This document shows, in pieces, positions 54,741 to 64,000 of a stretch of DNA of 64,000 bases (positions within the stretch are counted from its first letter, which is position 1; each line of letters starts with the position of its first letter). Both the position numbers and the translations under genes were made by a program. The DNA is from Elusimicrobiota bacterium. GTDB lineage: Bacteria > Elusimicrobiota > Elusimicrobia > UBA1565 > UBA9628. The stretch is from positions 2,728,908 to 2,792,907 of the forward strand of contig CP096137.1 in the NCBI GenBank assembly GCA_023213235.1, in the 5' to 3' direction. The notes under the pieces are model-generated. The model was not told where the DNA came from. It made no database searches and saw nothing but the letters and a program-made list of their open reading frames with translations.

Positions 54741-57167
54741 GAAACAGCTCAACCGAGTAAAGAGCTATGGGCAACACCTAACCAAGAAAGGCCGAATATA
54801 TTTCTGGTTCGCTTCCGCCTGGGTCCGGCGAAAGAAGCAAAATATCCAAGAAGGTTCGAATTGGATACTGCGCGGCGTCGCCCTTCTAGCTTGCATTGCC
54901 GCCGCTTACCTCCTCCCTAGAGCAATACCGCCATCAGTATCCAGCTCAAGCTGGATGACAATTTTCCTCACAGCCGGCGCGATGGCTGGAGGCATAATTG
55001 CGATCGTATTTTCTCTATCAACATTTTCCCTTCAAAACTCTGCGGACCTATTCTCATCCGAGTTTTTGAACGCTACGCATATGGCTGGAAGGACAAGCTC
55101 ACATATTGGTTCGTCGCGGGCTCAGTTCTTGCACTTTTCGTCGGCGCCGTTGCTATCGATGGACCCTCGACCCTCGGCCGAGACCACCCCTCACTAGCGC
55201 TCCTGGTTCTCCTGTTAGCAATTGCAATCATTTTCGTTCTAGTCGACTGGCAGTATGAAAGTGTCCGGCAACGAACAAGCCCCCTACACGCACTTCAATT
55301 CATGGAGGCTCAAACAGCGGAGTTCCTACAGCGGATACACCGAGCCGCCATCGATGCATCCCGTCTTGTAAAACTTGAGCAAGCGGAACTGCCTGATGAG
55401 GCCGCACTTGCGCGTGTCTACAACCTGGGACTCCGATCTGCTCTAGGGGCATTCGATAGGCGATTAGAGGTGCTTTCGGATATTTCGCTTCGCTTGGCAT
55501 CAAGGCAGGACTCGTTCGCAGCCAAGAGAGGATTTGACTGCATTACGCGTCTTTTGGGCGCCTATCTCGAAGCCCGCAAGGGGTCTTCATTAATTTTGCC
55601 GACCGATATCCCCTTCGCCTTCGAGAGCGACAGCAGCAATCTACTTCGGCGGACTTTTGAACGGATGAATGCCGCCGGCGAAAGCTTTATGACCAGCGGT
55701 CAGAGCGCCATCGCCGCGCATCTCGTCTATGTATACGAAGCTCTAGCAGACAAGGCCCGTTCAATTCGTTTCCTCGGTGCCCAGCGAAATGAGAACCCTA
55801 TATTCTCAGACATCCAGGGCTACCATAGGCAATATCTAGACGCTGCTGTGCGGAAGAAGGATCTCGAGGTCGTTTTCCAGGGGTCCCGAGTCCTGGGACG
55901 GATGGCTCATTGGGCAGTGCAGCACAATTTAAATTACATCCTTAGCGCCGTTCAGAAGGACCTTGGTCACGTCGCACGGATTGGAATCCTAAACGGGGCG
56001 ACCTACATAACCCAAAATTCCTTCGACGCCTGGCTCGGCATCATCTCTCAGGCATTCGCCTCGGGCTATGAACCCCTAAAGCATGAGCTTAAGGAAGCGT
56101 TCAGGAATATCACGGGCACAACGGCACTTTATCATCAAGCGATCAAATCGGGTCTAGTCGCGAACGATTTCTCAGATCATCTCTTGCTCTCTAGACCCTA
56201 TGATGGCCTTCCTGCAATTCTTGCTGCAATCGTGCGCAGGCACGACGAGCTAACTGAAGCCGGACAGCAAGCCCGCTACCGCCGAGGGATCGTCGATTTG
56301 TTCGACGAAATGAACGGGAGCCTCAGACTCTTAAGCGAACAACTCCGCAGCTGCGATAGCCCGGCTATTGGACCAATTGGCCGATTACTATTCGCAAGCA
56401 ATCAGATCATCCTACATCTCCTGGCCAAGCCAGATTTCGCGGATGTCCACGCTGACCTTTTAAGAAGGCTACGGTGGAATGTTCATCTTCCCGAATGGTT
56501 TTACCATCATGCCGACTCGATCCAGAGCAACGTCCTCGATAGAGAATTGTCGGAGAGTGTTTTACGAACTGGAATCCTGCTCTTCTCAAATGGGCGAGAT
56601 GTTGACACGATCAAGGATTGCATCAATGCCATCTCATCGATAGCCCACTCTTGTCTCAAGAAAAAGAGCAAGAGCTATGGCTTTGATGAACCGCGTCTCA
56701 TGCTGGGGGTCTGCTACCTCGGCATTCTTGCCCGTAAGCATGGCCTCGAGACTGTCTGGGTTCATGCAGGATTGAAGATTTACGAGTTCGAAGATTCCTA
56801 TGCCCAGAAATACCTCAAGGACGTTGTGCTCCCCGAGGGCGTTGACCGGAATTCTGTAATTGGCCTTCCTCGGGAAGACCAGCTATTCACGGAACTCTTC
56901 GGATGGGCAAGCGATTTCAATCACCGGCGCCTGAACGACATGCGTCTTGGAACATCAGCCGATGAGATGCTCTATGACTTGATTAGCACGTCCGATATCC
57001 ATCGCTTCATGTATGAAGTCTGGGAATCCTATCCGGCCAGCAGCCCTATTGCTGACGAAATTCGCGAACAGCGGCAGCGAGCAGCTATAAATTCGCGACT
57101 TCTTCGGGTTTTCCGCCAGGTGCTCGCTCAGAAGCGACGCGAGGCCGGGCCTAGGGTGCAACAATGA
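54664..57167 (+). CDS. large membrane-anchored all-helical protein of unknown function, frame broken once; start uncertain
   Basis: Four hydrophobic helices ([73 protein letters not shown]), then about 620 aa of helical sequence. A shift at T5 run 55062-55066 joins ORF 54664-55197 to the frame of ORF 55302-57167. Confidence 0.5.
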
Positions 57168-57607
57168 AGTTGCTCGTGGATTCATGCGTATTCATCGCCT
57201 CCTTCGACAAGCGATCTCAGCATCGTGCGACCGCTATTCAGCTTTTCGATGAGCTTGCAAAGCGCCAAATCGTAATCACGATGCCGGCGCATGGCTGGTT
57301 TGAAGTTCAATGCACTCTGCAGCGGCTAAGCAGCCTCGACAAAAGCTTCTCCGGACCTACAATTGCCGGGAAGATGAACTACCTCCTGGAGCTTCTGCAT
57401 ATCGACAAGCCGTTCATCCAAAAGTATTCGATGGCCCCTATTCCCTACATCAAGGCCGCCGATCATATTTTCTTGGCAGTCGCGAAGCTTAACAACGTCC
57501 CTCTTATCACAACTGACAACAAGATGCTTTCGATCGCCAGCCAATGCGGCGTTAACGCTCTTCCTCCCGCCGATTTTCTGGCGAAGATCGACCAACTCAA
57601 CCTCTAA
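57164..57607 (+). CDS. PIN-domain protein (VapC-like)
   Basis: [14 protein letters not shown] (first acidic residue), central FEVQ (Glu), PLITTDNKML (third acidic residue). 147 aa. ATGA overlap with the upstream gene. No small antitoxin ORF precedes it. Confidence 0.7.
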   Translation: MKLLVDSCVFIASFDKRSQHRATAIQLFDELAKRQIVITMPAHGWFEVQCTLQRLSSLDKSFSGPTIAGKMNYLLELLHIDKPFIQKYSMAPIPYIKAADHIFLAVAKLNNVPLITTDNKMLSIASQCGVNALPPADFLAKIDQLNL

Positions 57608-59039
57608 TGCAAGAATACGCCATCAAGAAGTTGAAGTGGTTCCTCGAGACCATTGGTCCTTTCCGCCATCTGTGGCAAAGTGTCTTGGTTCGCGCTACCT
57701 GGTCCCACCTCGACGGTGAGGACCGCATTCTTTCGATCTCAATCACTCTTGAGTCATTGGCACCGAAGCTTCTCCGCCCTCCCGCAGTCCGGCCGGACGT
57801 GGGACCTCTACGCACTGCTTGGCAAGCGTTCGATATTGCTCACCTCGAGTCTCTTGTCGATGAGTTTGCAACCGGAAGCATCCAGGTTGAGGGGCGCAAA
57901 CTTCTGCTCGAAAGCCACACCGGCAGCAAATGGGACAAGTGGAGCTCGCTCCACCAGGCATTTGATCGTCCGGAGGGATCTCCGTATTCCACCTCCAGGC
58001 TACCTACCGTTCGCGTCCACGACTTCAACTCAGGGAGCAGCTCAGCGTATGAGAGCGTGACGGACTCAGCCCTCGCATTACAGCTCCGAGCGCTGCATGT
58101 TCCCTTTGAGAACATGCAGGATGTCCTCGAGAGCTTCCTTGGAATTCCCCGCAGCCAAAGGGACCAAAACCTGATCATCGTCTCGATCCGAGCCGAGATT
58201 CCGATTCACTTCGGCGAGGCCAGTATCCACGATGGGAAGCTGAAGGCTAAGGTTTCAATGCCCAAGAGAGCCGACCTCCAGAAGGTCTCCGTTGGCTTGA
58301 TTGAAAGCGCGCCGGACCGAGTTATTCGTCGGTCAACAGTCCCAATTGCACCTAAGACCTGGAAGAAAGTCGGGGATCAGTGGCAGGCAAGCATAGACCA
58401 GTCCGCGGCGCCAGGGACGACAAAGGCCCTTCTCTTTCTGAATTACTCCGGCATATTTATCGGCCAGAAGTCAGTGATCGCCCTTCAGTCTGATTCTGGG
58501 AATCCCGGGATGCGTCTACATGAGTTGCTCGACCGCGACAACCAGCAGCTTCTGAAATGTCTGGCTGGCCAGGGTAAGAGACGTGATGAGCACTTTGAGC
58601 AAGCGGTCTCCTGGCTGTTCGGATTCTGCGGATTCCACACTCAGCTGTATGCCCATTTCCTCCAGTGGAGGAAGAGGCCGTGGACCTCATTGCATACCTG
58701 AAGGAGGCAGCGGTCATTCTTGGCATCGAGTGCACAATTTCACATCCGCAGACTCTCGGCAAGATGCCGAAGTTGGTTACCCGCTGCCGCCGGATGGAGG
58801 AGACTGTCAAAGATCTTGGACTCGAAGTTATTCCTGTCCTGGCCACAGCTCTCGATGAGGTATCTCAATCTGAAATTGAGACGGCCGCTCATGATGGAAT
58901 TTCGCTTCTAACCCAGAAGGACCTCCTTAAGCTGCTTCAGTTGGCCGGTGCCGGGGCACAGCCCACCGCTATCCTGCGCCATATTAGATCCCGAATAACG
59001 AACAAGGACGCTGGGCCGTTCGGCGCCCAATTCGGATGA
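57607..59039 (+). CDS. protein with C-terminal restriction-endonuclease-like (Mrr-cat/PD-(D/E)xK-like) domain, frame broken once
   Basis: HFEQAVSWLFGFCGFHTQ...EEEAVDLIAYLKEAAVILGIECT follows the FE..v..ll...Gf / D-lia / vEC(K) pattern, but Thr replaces the Lys. A shift near 58655 joins ORFs 57607-58701 and 58665-59039. TAATG overlap with the PIN gene. Confidence 0.5.
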
Positions 59040-61797
59040 ACTGGTTCGGCAAGGTTTCCCACAAACTGGGCTCGCTGCTGCGACGGCCCTCCCCAAATCT
59101 GAATCCCGCGGTCATCGCAGGAGAACAGCCGCTCGTCGTCTTCATCTCCAGCGTGATGAATGACGATCTCAAATGGGCCCGTGAAGCGACTGCGAAATCC
59201 TTAGATCGAGTCCCATACCTGCACCGTTGGGCCTTTGAGTATACCCCCGCCAGTTCAGACTCAACTGTTAACTCCTACCTCTCGAAGGTTAGAGAGGCGG
59301 ACATTGTTATCTGGCTTGTTGGGAATTCAACTACTGTGCCTGTCCGGAATGAAATCCGCGAGGCAATCTCCAGTGGGCTCAGACTCTGGGCATTCAAGCT
59401 CCCCGCGACTTCGCGAGACGCCGCCACGGAGGACTTAGTCAAAGAGGTTTCCGCGCACGTAAAGTGGGTTGAAGTCGCCTCGAAGGAACAACTCCCGGAG
59501 CTAATCGATCTAACCCGGGGGACGAGTTTGTGCGCGCTATCCGAAAGCGCCCGGGGATGGGACGAATTGCCCACCTTGAGGAACTCGCGCGAGCCTCGCG
59601 CGCTCGTTGTATTGCTCGCTGGCAGGCCACTGGGTTATCCCACCTGGATGCTGCCTCACTAGCCGACGATCAAGCAATAGGCGACCCTACCAGCACCCTT
59701 GGCACGCCTCTGAAAGAGCCAGTTTGCGTCATTGCAGGAGAATTCGGGTCCGGCAAATCTCTCGTTGCGGAACGAATTCTTCAGCGCTCTCTTCGAGAGG
59801 GCATCGAGTCGATCAGCGCACCGCTCCCCGTCTTCCTACGAGCACGCGAGGCAATAGGCCACCTGCAAGAGAAATCGGCGGCAATATGCTCTGAGATTGG
59901 CGATCCTCGCACTCAAGGCGCGACGATCGTGATCGACGGCGCGGATGAAGTGGGCGTTGATTCCGTGTTGGAACTACTCGCCGAAGCTCGTCTTTTGGCT
60001 AATACATGGCCAAACACGAGGATCGTCGTTACTACTCGACCGATTGGATTCCCTTTGGCCGCGGATGAGTTGATACGCATCGAGCCGCTGTCGGAAGATT
60101 CCGTAGATCAAATCATTGAAAGGATCATTGGTCGCCCTGTTACGGGTGGTGAACGCGCATCCTGGCCGGATTCCATTCGCTCTGCAATCAACCGGCCCCT
60201 TTTTGCGGTGCTCATGGGAATACATCTGCAGGAACCGCACAGTCATTCTCCGAAGTCCATTGCGGAGCTTCTGGATTGGATGATTCGCGCTTCTCTTGGC
60301 GGTCACAAGGAGACATCTGGCAAGATAGATGAAGCCCTCCAGTCCATCGCAGTGCTCAGCACCAGCAGGACAAACTCGCCGATACCGGCAGCCGAAGTAT
60401 CCGCAATCGGCCCGCTCCAGGACCTATTGAACTCTAGGCTAGTTGTCTCTGATGGCAATTTGATTTCCTTCCCGCTCCCGATCGTTACCCAATGGTTTGC
60501 CGCGAAAGCCATTCTCAATAAGAAAGTGCCTATAGAGCAGATCACTTCCGATCGGAAGCTCTTGGAGTCCTGGTATTACCCTCTCGTTATCGCGCTCGGC
60601 CTGGCTGATCACGAACAGGCAAGCTCGATCCTTAAGCCCCTGGCAAAACTGCATCCCAGTGTAGCGGCGATGGTAGCCGATGAGGCATTGGCTCGGTCGG
60701 GGATGGAGACTGACGTAAAGCCTCCGCCATTCCAAGAAAGTGGGCGGCGAATTCGAGAAGCAATGCAGGCCTGGGTCGATGGCATCGGCCCCCTAAAGTC
60801 TCTTATTGCACCCCTTCGTCAAGATGGAAGCCTCCCTCCGATCGGCGTAGCTATCAACGACGCTTGGTTAGATGCGGGATGGTATTTCGGAACAGAAGCC
60901 ATCCCCGATGTGGTTGAACTACCGGCTGCTGCACGCCCGTTCGGTCCAGGCGCGCCTGGCTGGCACTTTTACAGGGGCGCGCGGCCCGGCCGACAACCCA
61001 GCTGGGCGTGGCGATGGGCTCTTGAAAAGCTGCGCGAGAATCTCGCCGAGTTCGTAAGGAAAGCCGCGTTGCCCATTTCTGAAGGGCCTCTGCACCACGA
61101 AAAGATTTGGGAATTGGTTCTCGTTCTCGCAGGCAAGGGATCGTTGCATTATCAGCCCGTGCCCCTCACCAAGGTTGAGGAACGAATTACACTATTCGGA
61201 ACGCACGGGCCAAAACTCATATTGAACGGACACCGTATTGATCTAGACGAAATGCGTGGAGAGATCGCGCGCTTACGCCACGAAGGGAAGACCGACTTTC
61301 AACCTGTTTGGCCGTCTCCTAACCGAAATGGGGGACGTTGGATTTGGAGCGGGTATACCGATCAGCAAGTTGTGGCTCGAGCAAATGCAGTGTTTGAGGG
61401 CGCCCTCAACGGATACGAGTTGCTGATTCAGCGCTGGTTTCCTCAGCTGGCGCCCAGAATGGAGCTCGCGGCCCTCCTTCCAGTGAAGGTCGTCGGGTAT
61501 GTCGCGATGGAACATGAGGAGCCTCATGCAGCCTGGCACCTCGAGCCTTTGCCCAAGGGTTCCAAATCTAAGGCCGAATTCCAGCTAGCTCCTGCAAATC
61601 AAAACCCAGCCATCGCTCATGGGGAGACGCTGAAGGGAATTGTTCCGAAGGTCCATGCTCTACGGCCCGAAATTGCCGAATGGTATAGCTATACCTACCA
61701 TCACGGAGGCCTGGAGGTCTTTCAGGTGCGCTCAGCAACAGAGCTGGCCTACCGCTGGCTAGAGAGCGACCTGCGCAGGTTGAGCTGGATTGGATAG
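59036..61797 (+). CDS. DUF4062-like N-terminal domain fused to a NACHT/STAND P-loop NTPase and a unique C-terminal region, frame broken once
   Basis: VFISSVMNDDLKWAREA...ADIVIWLVG (DUF4062-like). A shift at G-run 59516-59520 joins the frame of ORF 59530-61797. Walker A VIAGEFGSGKSLV, Walker B TIVIDGADEV, VVTTRP, then about 500 aa without recognisable repeats. ATGA overlap with the upstream gene. Confidence 0.7.
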
Positions 61798-61995
61798 TTC
61801 CGCATTCGCTCGCGCACCGGTTCCGAAATTGAACCAATAGACGACTCCCACTGTAATCTCTCCTCGAGAGAGTGCAACTTTGGTCCTAGCCGAACTTCAT
61901 GAGGTCTGTTTAGCACATCAAGCCCAGGACACAGTCCTCCGAGCTTTTTGCCACATCAGGTTCCGCTTTTGCATATGCACGCGTTCCGATTCTGA

Positions 61996-63191
61996 CTACG
62001 CATCTTGAGCCTTCTTCTCAAGCTCCAGCAGCCGCTTAACCAGTTCGTCCCCGGCTAGCTTAGTTTCGCCTGGGAGCCGGAAGACAAGCTTGACGACCTC
62101 CTCAGCGATGCTGCTCGACAGATCGGCAATCTGTTCAGGCTGAACAACTCCGGTCCCAGCGAGCGACTGCGCCGTTGCCTTGCCGATCATTTCCTCTTGC
62201 CACAATTCGACTGAGCGCTCCTTGGCGCGCGTGAGGAGTTTAATGACTCGTTCGCGCATCTTGGGCAGATCAACGACGAGTGAATCAAGGGTTGCTGGAG
62301 CGCGGAGGGGACCAGGCGGCGTATCGAAATAGGTTGAGACCGTGGTCAGCGGGTTTTGCGCTATACCGCAGAAGGCGTTAGGAGTCGCGCCGGAGACACA
62401 AAGTCGGATGGCGACATGAATGTGCCCGAATAATTGATAATGCCCAACAACGCGTCCGTTGGAGTCACTCCAAAGCAGCATCACATGCGAGAATTCATTG
62501 GCTGAATACTCACTGGGGAGCTGCCAGTCCGGATCCGCTCCAGCGAACAACGCGAACCAGCTCGCGTGCATACCGGAATTGACGAACTCTCTAGCCTGCT
62601 TAAAAGGCTCCGCCAGAACCTCCTTCTTGCCCACCCGTAGCGCCCACAGTTCAAGCGCGGTTTTTATAACTGACCTTTCTTGAGCTGGGCTTCCCAAACT
62701 GAATTGCGCGTTGGCGGTCTCCGTAACGAATTCCGAGCGCACGGTTGCCTGGACCCCGCGCAGTTTTTCAAGGAACTCTTCGCGTGTCAGACCCGAGCCC
62801 TTAGAGAAGTTGCCGATCTGCTTCGCGAGCTTCTCGAGAGTTGGAACGCCGATTTTCACCTCGCGCTTACCATCCCCCTCTGTTCGGAGGTAGACAACCT
62901 TTCGCGCTTGAGGTCTGCCGCCAGGCAGCATGTCCATCTGTGTGCCATCCGAGAAGGTCAATGTAATCGTCGGGGAGAATCCCCGCTACCGCTTTTCAAA
63001 CCGGCGTAATTTCGAACAAGGGCGAAGGTTTCGGCGAGATCCCTGTCGGCAACGTTACTAAGGCGGTTGTTGCAGGTGCTGCAAACAATCCTATTTGATG
63101 TTCGGCGCCCTCCGAACGCGTCCAAAATCAAATGCTCTGGAGAGGTCGTATTAGGGTCGAACGGATTCGGACAAAAGATGCAGTCTTCCAT
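61996..63191 (-). CDS. HNH-endonuclease N-terminal module with ~320-aa uncharacterised C-terminal domain, frame broken once
   Basis: MEDCIFCPNPFDPNTTSPEHLILDAFGGRRTSNRIVCSTCNNRLS (CxxC...H...CxxC HNH-type zinc module). A shift at 62972-62975 joins ORF 62958-63191 to ORF 61996-62961. Confidence 0.65.
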
Positions 63192-63194
63192 CGG

Positions 63195-64000
63195 TCAAAA
63201 CAGCTCCGGCTGAGGTCCACCGCGCTTGGCGTGGCCTTCCAACCAGCGCCCTAAGGATTCCGGCCCTCCATCAAATGGCGCCGGGATGGGAATCCCCCGC
63301 GCGAGATCAGCTGCCGGTTGCCCTCCGGCTGCTGCGCATACTGCGCGATGAACACGGACGCCCAGTTCTCACGCAGCGCTTCCGTCGCCCCGGACCATGT
63401 CCCCCGGTCTCCACGTCGCTCTGGACCACGACTCCGTAGTCCGCCAGCGCATAGATCAGCTTGTTGCGGCCCATCGCCGTGCCCACGCTGAAGGGTGCAT
63501 TCGGCGAGAACGGAGTAATAAGAACGAGGCGCCCATCTTCAAGGAGTCCCTGCGTATCAGTCGAACGCACGGTCTTTTCCAGGCTGTCGGCGAGCACCCC
63601 CGACACCTTGCCGCGTTGCTCGATAGCCGCGCGCATCGAGAGCTGATCTACTCCACGAGCCGCGCCCGAGCACAGCACCAGGTCGCATTTCGCCGCCGCG
63701 GCGCCTAGAAAGCGAGAGAACTCGCTACCGTGGTAATCGACGTTTCTCGACCCGACAACGGCCATTCCGCGCCGAGAGAGAATGGAAACATCGCCTGCCC
63801 CAAAGAGAACCCAAGGAGCGGTCTTGCCGAGTCTGTCGATGTAGCGCTGAGGATAACCCTCGTCCTCGCGGGTCAAAGCCCAAATTTTGCTCGACCCCAG
63901 GCGTTCCACCTCTCCGTCGATCAGACGTTCTCCACTGAGAAGCACCTGCATCCGCGACGCATCCTCCACAGGCACGTTCAGCGCAGACTTGATCGCATCC
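63195..64000 (-). CDS. DprA/Smf-like (Rossmann-fold DNA-processing) protein, 5' end outside the window, frame broken once or twice
   Basis: GYPQRY...WVLFGAGD...MAVVGSRNVDYHGSEFSRFLG...LVLCSGAARGVDQLSMRAA...SGVLADSL...MGRNKLIYALADYGVVV. After about 63403 another frame gives TWSGATEALRENWASVFI...GNRQLISRGG. The end is either TAG 63251 or, with a second shift, TGA 63195, 3 nt before the HNH ATG. The frame is open to base 64000. Confidence 0.65.

Larger units (their letters stand above)
38407..64000. mobile_element. genomic island flanking the 3' end of tRNA-Asp; right boundary beyond the window
   Basis: Abrupt drop in G+C by eye right after the tRNA. A large serine recombinase is the first gene. 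The cargo consists of regulators, recombination paralogues and nuclease/NTPase genes. No second copy of the tRNA 3' segment is seen in the window. Confidence 0.7.

Noticed and set aside
57164-57607. Classical VapBC toxin-antitoxin pair
   Set aside because: There is no small upstream ORF with a DNA-binding antitoxin pattern. The PIN gene starts inside the stop of an ~830-aa membrane protein and is coupled to a downstream 477-aa protein. The TA interpretation is not supported by the layout.
38407-64000. Prophage interpretation of the island
   Set aside because: I see no terminase, portal, capsid, tail, holin/lysin or replication genes among the readable ORFs. The cargo is regulators, recombination paralogues and NTPase/nuclease genes. 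The right end is outside the window, so an integrative element of another type, such as a conjugative or mobilisable one, cannot be excluded.

Overview
The window has two parts. Bases 1-38.4 kb are high-G+C bacterial chromosome (about 70 % by eye, not computed). Directly after a tRNA-Asp(GTC) gene, a visibly lower-G+C genomic island begins (about mid-50s %) and runs off the right edge (38.4-64.0 kb).

Core part:
- a glpD-like gene, mnmA-iscS, and envelope/secreted proteins
- a self-contained stator/rotor-like cluster at 4.1-12.8 kb: PorV-like outer-membrane barrel with TPR, a FliF/FliG-like fusion, a polyproline + coiled-coil + FlbD protein, MotA, MotB and a lipoprotein
- tag-sucD-sucC-korB-korA
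- an EndoU polymorphic toxin with a string of small immunity-like genes
- an FHA / PP2C / CHASE2 Ser-Thr kinase module
- bioY, two histidine kinases, a lytic transglycosylase and tRNA-Val

Island:
- a large serine recombinase, a zinc-finger-less RadA/Sms paralogue and two ArsR regulators
- a roughly 19 kb translationally coupled plus-strand array: a J-like membrane protein, a mini-GrpE, an atypical Hsp70, an AAA+ ATPase, a roughly 1,690-aa DUF4011-type SF1 helicase with a Vsr/DUF559-like nuclease, a large membrane protein, a PIN protein, a PD-(D/E)xK-like protein and a DUF4062-NACHT STAND NTPase
- HNH and DprA-like genes on the minus strand

I see no rRNA, CRISPR array, transposase or phage structural genes.

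Caveat: I infer about 30 single-base frame breaks, almost all at homopolymer runs. Many entries in the ORF track are therefore chimeras or fragments. I re-joined them by eye, so junction coordinates are approximate. All family assignments rest on motifs I recognise by reading. No database search was run.
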